Part shown: piece by piece, positions 19,555-30,616 of the stretch
Numbering within the stretch: position 1 is the stretch's first letter
How the letters are laid out: every line of letters begins with the position of its first letter
Assembly (NCBI GenBank): GCA_016777845.1
Contig: JADHQS010000002.1
Span: forward strand, 1 to 49,513
Length of the DNA: 49,513 nucleotides
Source: Candidatus Actinomarina sp.
GTDB lineage: Bacteria; Actinomycetota; Acidimicrobiia; Actinomarinales; Actinomarinaceae
Direction: 5' to 3'
Made by a program: the position numbers and the translations under genes
Notes under the pieces: generated by a model
Seen by the model: only the letters and a program-made list of their open reading frames with translations
Database searches by the model: none
What the model was told of the DNA's origin: nothing

Positions 19555-20112
19555 ATGGCAAAAAAAGTTTATATAATCACTGGCCCAATAGGCAGTGGTA
19601 AATCAACTGCAATTAAGTATTTAAAAGATAAAGGTCTTAATACAGTTGATCTTGACAAAGTTTCTAACGATATATTAAATTCTAATCAATCTATTGCTTT
19701 TTTAAAAAAAGAATTTCCCCAAGCACTTGTTCAAAATGGTGTAAACAGAGCAATTTTGGCAGATATTGTTTTTAAAAATAAAGACAAATTAACAATTCTT
19801 GAAAATTATTTACATCCAAAAGTACTAATTGCCTTACAAGAGATAATACATAATACCGAAGACGAATTATTTGTAGAAGTTTCAGCACCTAAAAATATAT
19901 ATAAAGATTTTGATTGTATAGTAATTTATTCACAAGTTGATACCAGAATAAAAAGACTTCAGGAAAGAGGAATGAATTATGAAGATATTCAAAATAGAAT
20001 AGCAAATCAAAAAGATGATGATTGGTGGAAGAATTTAGGCATTGTTATAGAAAATGACAATTTGAATGACTTACATCTCAATTTAGATAAAATAATAAAT
20101 CAAAATTCGTAG
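19555..20112 (+). CDS. coaE: Dephospho-CoA kinase
   Basis: It has the P-loop ITGPIGSGKST and the typical size, and lies between rpsA and uvrB as in actinobacteria. Confidence 0.88.
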   Translation: MAKKVYIITGPIGSGKSTAIKYLKDKGLNTVDLDKVSNDILNSNQSIAFLKKEFPQALVQNGVNRAILADIVFKNKDKLTILENYLHPKVLIALQEIIHNTEDELFVEVSAPKNIYKDFDCIVIYSQVDTRIKRLQERGMNYEDIQNRIANQKDDDWWKNLGIVIENDNLNDLHLNLDKIINQNS

Positions 20113-20146
20113 CCTTAGTAGTTTTATTGACATTTTATAAAAGAGT

Positions 20147-20152
20147 TATAAT
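20147..20152 (+). promoter_or_regulatory. Candidate -10 box TATAAT, 5 nt upstream of the uvrB ATG, with TTGACA upstream
   Basis: Consensus TATAAT is followed by tttgtt... and ATG(20158). Consensus TTGACA lies at 20127-20132, but the spacer is only 14 nt. Confidence 0.4.
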
Positions 20153-20157
20153 TTGTT

Positions 20158-22155
20158 ATGAATAAGTTTGAAGTAGTTTCTGAATTTCAACCAAAAGGTG
20201 ACCAGCCAAATGCTATAAAAGAATTAAAAAAAGGTTTAGAACAAAATATTTCCCATCAGACCTTAAAAGGAATTACTGGCTCAGGTAAATCTGCGACAAT
20301 TGCATGGTTGATAGAGGAGTGTCAACTTCCTTCCTTAGTATTAGCCCCAAATAAAGCTTTAGCAGCACAACTAGCAAATGAATTTAGACAGTTTTTTCCA
20401 AAAAATAGGGTTGAGTATTTTGTTTCTTATTATGACTATTACCAACCTGAAGCATACGTTCCTCGTACAGATACATTTATTGAAAAAGATGCAAATATCA
20501 ATGAGGAAATAGATAGATTAAGACATTCTGCAACAAGCGCATTATTACTGAGAGAAGATGTAATTGTTGTGGCTTCTGTTTCGTGTATTTACGGGCTAGG
20601 TTCTCCTATAGAGTATAGAAATAAATTAATTCCAATTATTAAAGGTGAGGAGTTTGAAGTTGATAATCTTCTTTTGCAATTAGTAAAACAACAATATGTA
20701 AGAAATGATCTAGTAGTTCAAAGAGGATCTTTTAGATTGAAAGGGGATACATTAGATATATTTCCTGTCTATGAAGAAACTATTTTTAGAATAGAATTTT
20801 TTGGTGACGAGATAGAGAACATCTCAAGAATTGACCCAATTACTGGTGAGATTTTAGAAAAGCTGACTGAACTAGCAATTCTTCCTGCATCACATTATGT
20901 TATATCAGACGAATCAAGAAAAAGCGCTTTAAATCAAATTGAGAAAGATATGTTATTACAAGTTAAAAAATTTAAATCAGAAAACAAGCTCTTGGAAGCC
21001 CAAAGGATTGAACAAAGAACCAAATATGATTTAGAGATGCTTTCTGAGTTAGGTGTTTGCTCGGGAATAGAAAATTATTCAAGATATTTCGATGGGAGAA
21101 AGCCTGGTCAAGCTCCATTTACTCTCTTAGATTTTTTCCCAAGTGATTTTCTGATGGTTGTAGATGAAAGCCATATAGCTATACCACAAATTAGAGGACA
21201 ATACGAGGGAGATAAATCAAGAAAAACAACACTTGTTGATTACGGTTTTAGACTACCTTCCGCATTAGACAATAGACCTCTTAAGTTTGAAGAATGGGAA
21301 GATAAAGTAGATAAAACAATATTAGTTTCTGCTACACCCGGTAAATGGGAGAAAGAAAACTCAGAAAAATTCGTTGAACAGGTCATCAGACCAACAGGAC
21401 TATTAGACCCAAAAATAGTAGTAAAACCTACTGAAAACCAAATACAGGATTTACTTCTAGAGATAGAGTCAGTTGTCAATAATGGAAATCGTGTTTTAGT
21501 TACTACATTAACTAAAAAAATGAGTGAGGCTTTAAGTGATTATTTACTAAAGGCTGGTATAAAAACTAGATATCTTCATTCAGACATAGACACTCTTGAG
21601 AGAATAGAAATACTTAGAGATTTGAGAAAAGGTGAATTCGACGTATTAGTAGGTATAAATCTTTTGAGAGAGGGGCTCGATTTACCTGAAGTTCAACTAG
21701 TAGCTATTTTAGATGCTGACAAAGAGGGTTTTTTAAGATCTGAAACTAGTTTAATTCAAACTGTAGGTCGAGCTGCTAGAAATCAAGAAGGATATGTAAT
21801 AATGTATGCTGATAAAATAACTGATTCAATGACGTTTGCTATAAATGAAACTGAAAGAAGACGAGGCATCCAACAGGAACACAATCGAGTTAATAATATA
21901 ACACCTAAAACAATTCAAAAAGAAATAACTGATATTTTAGAGTTAGTTGAAAAAACAAGAGGAAGTAGCAATATAAGTATTAGTAAATCAAAACTTAATT
22001 TAAATGAAGCTTCAAAGACTGATTTAATTAAATTATCCAAAAATATTGAAAAAGAAATGAATTTAGCTGCCGATTTATTAGAGTTTGAGCTTGCTGCTAG
22101 ATTAAGAGACGAGCTTAAAGAACTTAAAAAAGAAATTAATAATTATTCAGAATGA
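20158..22155 (+). CDS. uvrB: Excinuclease ABC subunit B
   Basis: Present are [22 protein letters not shown], a helicase C domain, and the C-terminal UVR motif ([18 protein letters not shown]). Confidence 0.97.
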   Translation: MNKFEVVSEFQPKGDQPNAIKELKKGLEQNISHQTLKGITGSGKSATIAWLIEECQLPSLVLAPNKALAAQLANEFRQFFPKNRVEYFVSYYDYYQPEAYVPRTDTFIEKDANINEEIDRLRHSATSALLLREDVIVVASVSCIYGLGSPIEYRNKLIPIIKGEEFEVDNLLLQLVKQQYVRNDLVVQRGSFRLKGDTLDIFPVYEETIFRIEFFGDEIENISRIDPITGEILEKLTELAILPASHYVISDESRKSALNQIEKDMLLQVKKFKSENKLLEAQRIEQRTKYDLEMLSELGVCSGIENYSRYFDGRKPGQAPFTLLDFFPSDFLMVVDESHIAIPQIRGQYEGDKSRKTTLVDYGFRLPSALDNRPLKFEEWEDKVDKTILVSATPGKWEKENSEKFVEQVIRPTGLLDPKIVVKPTENQIQDLLLEIESVVNNGNRVLVTTLTKKMSEALSDYLLKAGIKTRYLHSDIDTLERIEILRDLRKGEFDVLVGINLLREGLDLPEVQLVAILDADKEGFLRSETSLIQTVGRAARNQEGYVIMYADKITDSMTFAINETERRRGIQQEHNRVNNITPKTIQKEITDILELVEKTRGSSNISISKSKLNLNEASKTDLIKLSKNIEKEMNLAADLLEFELAARLRDELKELKKEINNYSE

Positions 22156-24971
22156 AAGAAGAAATACTTAAAGTAAGAGGAGCAAAGGAACATAACCTAA
22201 AAGATGTTTCAGTTGATATTCCCAAAAATAAACTAGTTGTTATTACTGGATTATCTGGCTCAGGAAAATCTTCTCTTGCTTTTGATACAATCTATGCAGA
22301 GGGTCAAAGAAGATATGTAGAAAGTCTTTCTGCCTATGCTAGGCAATTTTTAGGCCAAATGGAAAAACCAGATGTCGAAAGCATTGATGGTTTGTCTCCT
22401 GCAATCGCAATAGATCAAAAAACTTCATCTCGCAGTCCTAGATCTACAGTTGGCACTGTGACAGAAATTCATGATTATTTGAGGCTTTTATGGGCTCGAG
22501 TCGGAATCAGTTACTGTCCGAGTTGCAACAATAAAATAGAGAAACAATCTGTAAGTTTCATAGTAAAACAAATTATGAATTTAAAAGAAGGAACAAGTAT
22601 AGATATATTAGCGCCAGTAGTTCGTTCACGTAAAGGAGAATTCGAAACATTGTTTAAAGATTTGCAAGCACAAGGTTTTTCTAGAGTTCTTGTTGATGGT
22701 GAAATAATTCGATTAGATGAAGCAAAAAGATTGGATAGATATTTTAATCATGATATCTCAGTTGTAATTGATAGAATAAAAATTAATAAAACTCCAGGAA
22801 GAAGGCTTCCACAATCGGTTGAAACAGCACTGGAATTAACATCTGGATTAGTTGATATAAGAGTTGATAGCAAAATTACTACTTACAGTCAAAACTTAGG
22901 TTGTTTGAAATGCGGTACTTCATTTGACAAGCTTGAACCAAGAGATTTTTCTTTCAATTCTCCATTTGGAGCATGTGGGTCATGTAACGGCTTGGGAGTA
23001 AGTTACGAAATTGATGAAACTTTGTTGATTAAGAATTTTGATCTGTCTATTAATGAAAATGTATTTCCCGATATGTCAACTCGAAAATATTTTAGAGCTC
23101 AAATTCATGGTGTTTGTGAGCATTTTGATATTCCTGTTAACGAGCCATACAAAAATTTAACTAGAAAACAAAAAGATATTTTATTATATGGTTCAAAAGG
23201 TGAAAAAACTGTAATTAGATATGTCAACAGATTTGGAAATTCAAGAATTTGGCACAAACCTTATCGCGGTATAGTTCCAACATTTAAAAAAAATTATGAA
23301 GAAACTTCCTCCGATGCTGCAAGAGAGTATTACAAGCAGTTCATGCGAGAACTACCTTGTGGTGATTGCGATGGTGAAAGATTAAATATTAGATCAAGAT
23401 TGGTTCAAGTTGAAAATATAACTTTAGGTAAATTTAACAACCTTTCAATTAAAGAAGCTTCTAATAAAGTAGAAAGTTTTAAACTCACAGGAAGTGATTA
23501 TGAAATCGCAATTCCAATTATTAGAGAGATTAAGGAAAGATTAAAGTTTCTAAATGAAGTTGGATTAAGCTACCTTCAATTAAGCAGGGGCGCAGCAACA
23601 CTTTCTGGTGGAGAGGCTCAGCGTATAAGGCTTGCAACTCAAATAGGTTCAGGACTAACTGGGGTACTTTATGTATTAGATGAACCATCAATCGGTTTGC
23701 ACCAAGCAGATAATATAAAACTTATAGATACACTGTTGCGCTTGAGAGATTTAGGAAATACTGTTTTAGTAGTTGAACATGATGAGGAGACGATGAAAAG
23801 CTCTGATCATGTTATTGATATTGGCTGGGGAGCGGGTGAACAAGGTGGTGAGATTGTTGCTGAGGGATCATGGGAAGAAATTTCTTCAAATATTAAATCC
23901 GTTACTGGTCAGTATTTATCAGGTAAGCAAGTCGTGCCTTACCCTTCAGTTCGCAGAAATGGAAAAAATGAAAATATTGTCATTAGAGGTGCGAAAGAAA
24001 ATAATTTAAAAAACTTAACTGTAAATTTTCCTTTAGGGAAATTTATATCAGTTACAGGAGTATCAGGTTCAGGAAAGTCTACATTGATTACAGATATTTT
24101 ATCAAAATCTATTCAAAATGAATTTTCAAAGAATTTTATAATGCCAGGACTCCACAAGAGTGTTTCTGGTTTAGAAAATATTGATAAGCTCATTGAAATT
24201 GACCAATCACCAATTGGACGTACCCCAAGATCAAACCCCGCTACGTATTCTGGAGTATTTGACCAGATAAGAAATTTGTTTTCCTTAACTGAAGAATCAA
24301 AAATAAGAGGTTATAAACCTGGTAGATTTTCTTTTAATGTCCCTGGTGGTAGGTGTGAATTTTGCAAAGGAGATGGAAATATCAAAGTAGAAATGTATTT
24401 TCTTCCTGATATTTATGTTATATGTGATGAGTGCAACGGTACTAGATTTAATTCTGAAACTTTATCTATTAGGTGGAAAGGCTACAACATAGCTGAGATT
24501 TTAAATTCAACAGTTGAAAATTCTTTAAACATATTTGAAAATCAACCCTCAATTTATAGGATTATAAAAACTTTAGATGATGTCGGACTATCTTATATAA
24601 AGCTAGGTCAGGCTGCAACAACATTATCAGGTGGTGAAGCACAAAGAGTTAAATTAGCAAAAGAACTGAGTAAAAGATCTACAAGTAAGACTGTCTATAT
24701 ATTAGATGAGCCTACAACAGGTCTTCATTTTGCTGATGTCCAAAAATTACTTGAAGTCTTGCACATGTTGGTTGATAAAGGTAACACTGTTATAGTCATT
24801 GAACATAATTTAGATGTAATAAAAAATTCTGATTGGATTATTGACCTTGGACCTGAAGGTGGTGACAATGGCGGCACTATAATTGGTGAAGGTACTCCAG
24901 AAAGTATTTCTAAAAATAAATTTTCTCTTACAGGTAAACATTTGAAAGAAGTTTTAAATGGAAAAAATTAA
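22152..24971 (+). CDS. uvrA: Excinuclease ABC subunit A
   Basis: It has two ABC modules ([24 protein letters not shown], and LSGGEAQR twice) and zinc-finger Cys clusters. There is an ATGA overlap with the uvrB stop. Confidence 0.97.
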   Translation: MKEEILKVRGAKEHNLKDVSVDIPKNKLVVITGLSGSGKSSLAFDTIYAEGQRRYVESLSAYARQFLGQMEKPDVESIDGLSPAIAIDQKTSSRSPRSTVGTVTEIHDYLRLLWARVGISYCPSCNNKIEKQSVSFIVKQIMNLKEGTSIDILAPVVRSRKGEFETLFKDLQAQGFSRVLVDGEIIRLDEAKRLDRYFNHDISVVIDRIKINKTPGRRLPQSVETALELTSGLVDIRVDSKITTYSQNLGCLKCGTSFDKLEPRDFSFNSPFGACGSCNGLGVSYEIDETLLIKNFDLSINENVFPDMSTRKYFRAQIHGVCEHFDIPVNEPYKNLTRKQKDILLYGSKGEKTVIRYVNRFGNSRIWHKPYRGIVPTFKKNYEETSSDAAREYYKQFMRELPCGDCDGERLNIRSRLVQVENITLGKFNNLSIKEASNKVESFKLTGSDYEIAIPIIREIKERLKFLNEVGLSYLQLSRGAATLSGGEAQRIRLATQIGSGLTGVLYVLDEPSIGLHQADNIKLIDTLLRLRDLGNTVLVVEHDEETMKSSDHVIDIGWGAGEQGGEIVAEGSWEEISSNIKSVTGQYLSGKQVVPYPSVRRNGKNENIVIRGAKENNLKNLTVNFPLGKFISVTGVSGSGKSTLITDILSKSIQNEFSKNFIMPGLHKSVSGLENIDKLIEIDQSPIGRTPRSNPATYSGVFDQIRNLFSLTEESKIRGYKPGRFSFNVPGGRCEFCKGDGNIKVEMYFLPDIYVICDECNGTRFNSETLSIRWKGYNIAEILNSTVENSLNIFENQPSIYRIIKTLDDVGLSYIKLGQAATTLSGGEAQRVKLAKELSKRSTSKTVYILDEPTTGLHFADVQKLLEVLHMLVDKGNTVIVIEHNLDVIKNSDWIIDLGPEGGDNGGTIIGEGTPESISKNKFSLTGKHLKEVLNGKN

Positions 24972-26763
24972 TTTATATGAAATTCCAAATAAACCAGGTA
25001 TATATATTTTCAAAGATGATTATGACGAACCTATTTATGTAGGAAAGGCAAAAAATTTAAGGAAAAGAGTACCCTCATATTTTAATAAAAATACTTCTTG
25101 GAAAACCAAACGACTTACATCAGAAGCGAAATCAATTTCATTTGTTGTTTCCCAAAACGAAGCGAATGCATTATTAGCGGAATATTCATTTATTCAGGAA
25201 TTTAAACCCAAATACAACATTCAATTTAAAGATGATAAATCTTACCCATATGTAACAATTACAAATGAAGAATGGCCAAGGGCATTTGTTTCAAGAAATA
25301 TAAATCATCAAAATGTTAATTTTGGTCCTTTTCCGTTTATAGGAGCTGCAAAAAGATCCTTAGATCATTTAATAAATATTTTTCCAGTTAGAACATGTAC
25401 AAAAAATACATTTGAGAGACACCAAAAATTAAATAAACCATGCTTGCTCTATGAAATTGATAAATGCTCAGGGCCTTGTGTAGATTTAGTTAGCAAAGAT
25501 GAGTATCAAAATCTATTGAGTAATTTAAGTGAGTTTTATAAAGGAAATTCAGATAATTACATAAATGAAAAAATTAAAGAGATGAAAACACTATCAAAAA
25601 ATCAAGAATATGAAGAAGCAAACAAAGTAAAAATTACTCTATCGCATTTGGAAAATGCAAGAGTTAGTCAAACCCTTATGACTTCAAATGATAAAAATGT
25701 CGACGTGATTGGTATTGATATTGGAAGGTTTGATGTTGTTTTATCATGTTTACTAATTAGAAATGGAAGAATTGTAGGTGAAGTAAAAAATAATTTTGAA
25801 CCAATGGATGTTCAAGACTACGAAAACTATCTTCCAAAAATTATAATAAATTTATTTGAAAAGAATATGCCATCAAATGAAATACTAGTAAGCCATGAAT
25901 TTCCTTTATCTGAAACTATTCAAAAAGAACTAGAAAAAAAATGGGATAAAAAAATAACTCTCACTAATCCAAAGAGAGGTTGGAAAAAAGATTTATTACA
26001 TACTGCAGTTGAAGATGCAAAAGAATTAAGAAGAGTAGCAGATCTTAAACGTAGATCTGATCTTGAATTTAGATCACTTTCACTAGAACAACTACAACAC
26101 AAACTCAATCTTAAAAAAATACCCTACAGAATAGAAGCATATGACATTTCAAACCTTGGAGATAAGTTTAGAGTTGGCTCTATGGTGGTAATGGAAGATG
26201 GTATTTCCAAACCTTCAATGTATCGTAAATTTCACATCAGGTCTTTTAAGGGACAAGATGATTTTAGATCAATGGAAGAAGTTATATTTAGACGTGTAAA
26301 ACGTTTAATTAATAATGAAGAAAAAGACCAAAGTTTTCGAAGATATCCAGACTTAATCTTAATCGATGGAGGTAAAGGACAATTATCAAAAGCAAAAAGT
26401 GTAATTGATTACTTTAAATTAGACATTGATGTAATTGGTATTGCTAAAAAAGAAGAAGAGCTTTTTACTCCTAATAGAAAGTCTTCAATAGTTTTAAATT
26501 CTAATTCTGAGGCACTATTTATTCTTCAAAATATTAGAGATGAAGCACATAGATTTGCCATACAAGAAAACAGAAGATTGAGACTTAAAGATTTAGATAT
26601 TGAATCTATGTTTGAGATTAAGGGGGTTTCAAAATTTTCTATCGATATGTTATTAGAAAAGTATAAGACGTTAAACAAACTTTCATCTGCAAGTTATGAA
26701 GAGTTGTCTAACCTAATTGACGAAAAACAAGCATCAAAAGTTTATCAATACTTCAACAAATAA
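24958..26763 (+). CDS. uvrC: Excinuclease ABC subunit C
   Basis: It has a GIY-YIG domain (PGIYIFKDDYDEPIYVGKAKNLRKRV), a UVR domain, an endonuclease V-like domain and a C-terminal HhH. It overlaps the uvrA 3' end by 14 nt. Confidence 0.95.
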   Translation: MEKINLYEIPNKPGIYIFKDDYDEPIYVGKAKNLRKRVPSYFNKNTSWKTKRLTSEAKSISFVVSQNEANALLAEYSFIQEFKPKYNIQFKDDKSYPYVTITNEEWPRAFVSRNINHQNVNFGPFPFIGAAKRSLDHLINIFPVRTCTKNTFERHQKLNKPCLLYEIDKCSGPCVDLVSKDEYQNLLSNLSEFYKGNSDNYINEKIKEMKTLSKNQEYEEANKVKITLSHLENARVSQTLMTSNDKNVDVIGIDIGRFDVVLSCLLIRNGRIVGEVKNNFEPMDVQDYENYLPKIIINLFEKNMPSNEILVSHEFPLSETIQKELEKKWDKKITLTNPKRGWKKDLLHTAVEDAKELRRVADLKRRSDLEFRSLSLEQLQHKLNLKKIPYRIEAYDISNLGDKFRVGSMVVMEDGISKPSMYRKFHIRSFKGQDDFRSMEEVIFRRVKRLINNEEKDQSFRRYPDLILIDGGKGQLSKAKSVIDYFKLDIDVIGIAKKEEELFTPNRKSSIVLNSNSEALFILQNIRDEAHRFAIQENRRLRLKDLDIESMFEIKGVSKFSIDMLLEKYKTLNKLSSASYEELSNLIDEKQASKVYQYFNK

Positions 26764-26829
26764 CTCGGTAGAAAATTATTTTCCCAATCATTAGATATAG
26801 GAACTAATATGAAGTTGAAAAGGAATTAA

Positions 26830-27696
26830 ATGGCATCTAAAAGACCAGAAGTATTATTGTTAGTCGGAATGTCGGGTGCTGGTAGGTCAGCAAGCTCAAA
26901 TGTATTTGAAGATTTAGGATATTATGTAATTGAAAATTTACCAGCAGAATTAGTAGAATCTGTAGTCCAATCAAATGATGTTACTGAAACAAACAAGCAA
27001 CTTGTATTAACAATTGATGCTAAAGACACTTCCGCCCAAGAAGAATTAAAAATCAGTTTAGATAAATTAAGCCAATCCGGAGTTTTAACCAGAATAATTT
27101 TTCTTGATGCTGATAATGAAACGCTTATTGAGAGATATGAAGAAAATAGACGTCCTCACCCCATGGGTATGGATTCTATCTCACAGTCTGTAAAATCTGA
27201 AAGAGATTTACTCAAACCAATTAGAGAACTTGCTGATCAAGTAATTGACACTACAGATATGAATGTTCATGAATTGAGAAAAAGAATAATTGAAGGCTTT
27301 CAAGGAAAAGCTTCTAATCAGGACTTAAAAATTTCTGTAACTTCATTTGGGTTTAAAAATGGAACACCACGAGATGCTGATCTTGTATTTGATGTAAGGT
27401 TTCTTCCAAATCCACACTGGAGAGAAGAACTAAGAGCCTCTACAGGGCAATCCCCAATGGTAAGAAACTATGTCCTTTCATTTGAAGACGCACAGGTTTT
27501 TTTAAATAAAGTAAAAGATATGATTGAATTTTTACTTCCCAGATTCACTTCCGAAGGAAAATCATATGTTGGAATAGCTATAGGATGCACTGGAGGAAAG
27601 CATAGAAGTGTTGTTATGACTGAAGAAATAGGTAAATGGCTTAAAAACGATGGAAAGGACTCTGTAGTCATACATAGAGACATGAAGGAATCATAA
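26830..27696 (+). CDS. rapZ: RNase adapter / nucleotide-binding protein RapZ (YvcJ)
   Basis: It has the P-loop LVGMSGAGRS, FGFKNGTPRDADLVFDVRFLPNPHW, and CTGGKHRSV. The SD-like AAAGGAA lies 5 nt upstream. It follows uvrC, as in Gram-positive bacteria. Confidence 0.9.
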   Translation: MASKRPEVLLLVGMSGAGRSASSNVFEDLGYYVIENLPAELVESVVQSNDVTETNKQLVLTIDAKDTSAQEELKISLDKLSQSGVLTRIIFLDADNETLIERYEENRRPHPMGMDSISQSVKSERDLLKPIRELADQVIDTTDMNVHELRKRIIEGFQGKASNQDLKISVTSFGFKNGTPRDADLVFDVRFLPNPHWREELRASTGQSPMVRNYVLSFEDAQVFLNKVKDMIEFLLPRFTSEGKSYVGIAIGCTGGKHRSVVMTEEIGKWLKNDGKDSVVIHRDMKES

Positions 27697-27697
27697 T

Positions 27698-28852
27698 TTG
27701 TCAAAATTAGACAATTTAGGCAATGTTTTAATTAGATCTGATTTAAATGTTCCAATTAAGAATGGTGAAATAACAGATAATTTTAGAATAATAAAATCAG
27801 TTGAAATTCTTGAAAGTATTTTAGATAAGTCAAGAACAGTTACATTTACCAGTCATATGGGCAGACCTAACGGTAAAGATTTAAATTTATCTCTACGGCC
27901 TGTAGCTGAAAGCATGTCAGATTTTCTTGGTAAAGAAGTTTGCTTTATTGAAGAAGTATTTGGTGAAAAAGTTGAAGAACAGATTGAAAAATCAGAATCT
28001 AAAATATTTCTCTTAGAAAATTTAAGGTTTGAAAAAGGGGAGATTGAAAATGATAAGGATTTCTCTAATCAAATTACTAAACCTTTTAATTCATATATAT
28101 TTGATGCATTTGGTGCAGCCCACAGAGAACATGCATCAGTGGTTAGCTTTGGTGAAAACTTAGATTCGTTCCAAGGCCCTTTAATGGATAAAGAAATACA
28201 TGAATTAGACAGATTGTTAAATAATAGTGAATCTGGTTACGCAGTTCTGCTTGGTGGAGCAAAAATTTCAGACAAACTTAATCTGATTGAAAAGCTTCTG
28301 CCAAAAGTTGAATATCTTATGGTTGGTGGAGGAATGTGCTTTACTTTATTAAAAGCTTTAGGACATGAAATCGGGAAGTCATTACTAGAAGAGTCATTTA
28401 TTTCAAAGGCAGAGGAGCTTCTTAATTCAAGATTTGGAAAAAAAATAATATTACCTATAGACTTTGGTGTTGCTGAATCATTAGATAGTTCAGTTAGAAA
28501 AAATGTAAAGTTAGAGGATTTTAAAAAGAATCAAATAGGTGTTGATATTGGTCCTCAAACTGTTTCCAATTTTAGAACATTACTAAAAAAATCAAATAAT
28601 ATTTTTTGGAATGGACCTATGGGTATTTTTGAAAAAGAGGCGTTTAGTTATGGAACTAAAGAAATTACTAAGATTATTTCTGATTCATCTGCATATACAT
28701 GTATTGGTGGAGGGGATTCTGTAAGTGCAATTAATAAATTTTCTGATAAAAAAAACTTTAATCATATATCTACAGGTGGTGGAGCATCTTTGGAATATCT
28801 TGAAGGAAAAAAATTACCAGGGGTAAACAAATACAAATCACTTATAATTTGA
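27698..28852 (+). CDS. pgk: Phosphoglycerate kinase
   Basis: Motifs VLIRSDLNVPIKNGEITDNFRI, SHMGRP, GGAKISDK and GGGDS are present. It starts with TTG, 1 nt after the rapZ stop. Confidence 0.95.
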   Translation: MSKLDNLGNVLIRSDLNVPIKNGEITDNFRIIKSVEILESILDKSRTVTFTSHMGRPNGKDLNLSLRPVAESMSDFLGKEVCFIEEVFGEKVEEQIEKSESKIFLLENLRFEKGEIENDKDFSNQITKPFNSYIFDAFGAAHREHASVVSFGENLDSFQGPLMDKEIHELDRLLNNSESGYAVLLGGAKISDKLNLIEKLLPKVEYLMVGGGMCFTLLKALGHEIGKSLLEESFISKAEELLNSRFGKKIILPIDFGVAESLDSSVRKNVKLEDFKKNQIGVDIGPQTVSNFRTLLKKSNNIFWNGPMGIFEKEAFSYGTKEITKIISDSSAYTCIGGGDSVSAINKFSDKKNFNHISTGGGASLEYLEGKKLPGVNKYKSLII

Positions 28853-28854
28853 TA

Positions 28855-29619
28855 ATGAAAAAAATAATAATTGGAAACTGGAAATTAAATCTTGATCATT
28901 TACAAGGTATTCAATTACTACAAAAAATAAATTATTCATTAGATAAGAATATAGAAGAAAAAATAGACATAGTCTTAGCACCATCGCACACTTCATTGAG
29001 ATCTTTACAAACTGTAATTTCTACGGATAATCTTAAAATTAAAATTTCATCACAAGATGTATCTACCTACAGTGATGGAGCATTTACTGGCGAAGTGTCA
29101 GCAATTCAGCTTAAAAAATTAAATATAGATTATTCAATTGTTGGTCATTCTGAAAGAAGACTTCATTTTAATGAAACTGACAATGATGTGAACATTAAAT
29201 TAACCAGATTATTAGAAAATGAAATAATTCCAATTTTATGTTTTGGTGAAAGCCTAGAACAAAGATCAGAAGGTTCATATTTAGAGTTTATTAAAAATCA
29301 AATAAATGAAGGTTTGAAAGGTGTAAGAAAAGACAAGGTTAATAAGTTAGTACTAGCTTATGAACCTATTTGGGCAATTGGCACTGGTGAAGTTGCATCT
29401 ATAGAAAATATTGTTGAAGTATTAGATTTTGTTAAGGACTTAGTTTCTGATAAGCCTTACTTTTCAGATGAAAATGTAAAGTTGATTTATGGTGGAAGCG
29501 TCTCTCCAGATAATTCTTCTGAAATATTAAACACTAGTATTGTAGACGGTGCATTAGTTGGTGGAGCGTCTCTAGATGCAGATAAATTCGTTGATATTAT
29601 CAAATGTGTTAATTTATGA
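28855..29619 (+). CDS. tpiA: Triose-phosphate isomerase
   Basis: Motifs IIIGNWKLN, VGHSERR, AYEPIWAIGTG and YGGSV are present. I prefer ATG 28855. The ORF track starts at TTG 28849, overlapping the pgk stop. Confidence 0.95.
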   Translation: MKKIIIGNWKLNLDHLQGIQLLQKINYSLDKNIEEKIDIVLAPSHTSLRSLQTVISTDNLKIKISSQDVSTYSDGAFTGEVSAIQLKKLNIDYSIVGHSERRLHFNETDNDVNIKLTRLLENEIIPILCFGESLEQRSEGSYLEFIKNQINEGLKGVRKDKVNKLVLAYEPIWAIGTGEVASIENIVEVLDFVKDLVSDKPYFSDENVKLIYGGSVSPDNSSEILNTSIVDGALVGGASLDADKFVDIIKCVNL

Positions 29620-30365
29620 ATCTTGTATTTATACGACACGGACAGAGCCTTTGGAATTTAGAAAATAAATTTACAGGATGGGTTGATATAGACTTATCTG
29701 AAAGAGGTGAAGTTGAAGCAAAAAATGCTGGTGTTACCTTGATTGATAATAACTTCTATCCAGAAATCTGTTTTACTTCTTATTTAAAACGATCAATTAA
29801 TACTGCTTCACATATTATTGAAAGTTATAAAAAAATGAATATTACTTTTGAAAATGTGAAAAAGTGGGAGCTTAATGAAAGGCATTATGGAGCTCTTCAG
29901 GGTTTAGATAAAATTGAAACAGCAAAAAAATATGGACAAGAACAAGTACAAATATGGAGAAGAAGTTTTGATACACCACCTCCTATGGCAGAGCAAAATT
30001 CGGAACATGATCCAAAAACCCATGAATTATATAATGATATTGAATCAAGGTTACCATTAGGTGAATCTCTAAAAGATGTTGTTTCAAGGGTTGTTAAGAC
30101 CTACGAACAAATATTAGCAACAGCTAAAGAAAAGTCCGTTTTAGTAGTAGCCCATGGCAACAGCATAAGAGCTATGGTTAAATTGCTTGATAATTTATCT
30201 AACAAAGATATAGTGGACGTTAACATTCCAACTGGAATTCCACTTGCATATAATATTTCAGATAATAATATTGAAAAAATTGGTTATTTAGGTGACGAAG
30301 ATGCAATTAACAATCTAACTAAAGAAGTTGAAATGCAGTCAAAGATAACTGAAAAGAAAGGTTAG
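29616..30365 (+). CDS. gpmA: 2,3-bisphosphoglycerate-dependent phosphoglycerate mutase
   Basis: Motifs LVFIRHGQSLWNLENKFTGWVD, ERHYGALQG and VAHGNSIRA are present. There is an ATGA overlap with the tpiA stop. Confidence 0.93.
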   Translation: MNLVFIRHGQSLWNLENKFTGWVDIDLSERGEVEAKNAGVTLIDNNFYPEICFTSYLKRSINTASHIIESYKKMNITFENVKKWELNERHYGALQGLDKIETAKKYGQEQVQIWRRSFDTPPPMAEQNSEHDPKTHELYNDIESRLPLGESLKDVVSRVVKTYEQILATAKEKSVLVVAHGNSIRAMVKLLDNLSNKDIVDVNIPTGIPLAYNISDNNIEKIGYLGDEDAINNLTKEVEMQSKITEKKG

Positions 30366-30375
30366 TGTTAATAAT

Positions 30376-30612
30376 ATGGATACAATTACAGCAGTTTTAA
30401 TCAGTGTGCATGTTCTTATATCTGTGGCTCTTATTGGATTAGTTTTGTTGAATAGCGGTAAAGGTGGTGGTTTATCAGATATGCTTGGTGGACCCGGCTC
30501 ATCTGGAAATATAGGTCAAACATTAGCTGAAAGAAATCTTGGAAGAATCACTGCATTAGTTGCACTTTTATTCGCTGCAACCACATTGTCTCTATTCTGG
30601 TTTTTAGATTAG
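30376..30612 (+). CDS. secG: Preprotein translocase subunit SecG
   Basis: This 78-aa protein has two TM segments and a Gly-rich loop (NSGKGGGLSDMLGG). It lies after tpiA, as in the actinobacterial pgk-tpi-secG block. Confidence 0.8.
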   Translation: MDTITAVLISVHVLISVALIGLVLLNSGKGGGLSDMLGGPGSSGNIGQTLAERNLGRITALVALLFAATTLSLFWFLD

Positions 30613-30616
30613 GTTT

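Noticed and set aside
26809-26829. A 6-codon upstream mini-ORF (ATGAAGTTGAAAAGGAATTAA) just before rapZ.
   Set aside because: It is too short to evaluate. The same bases supply the rapZ SD (AAAGGAA), so it is most likely coincidental.
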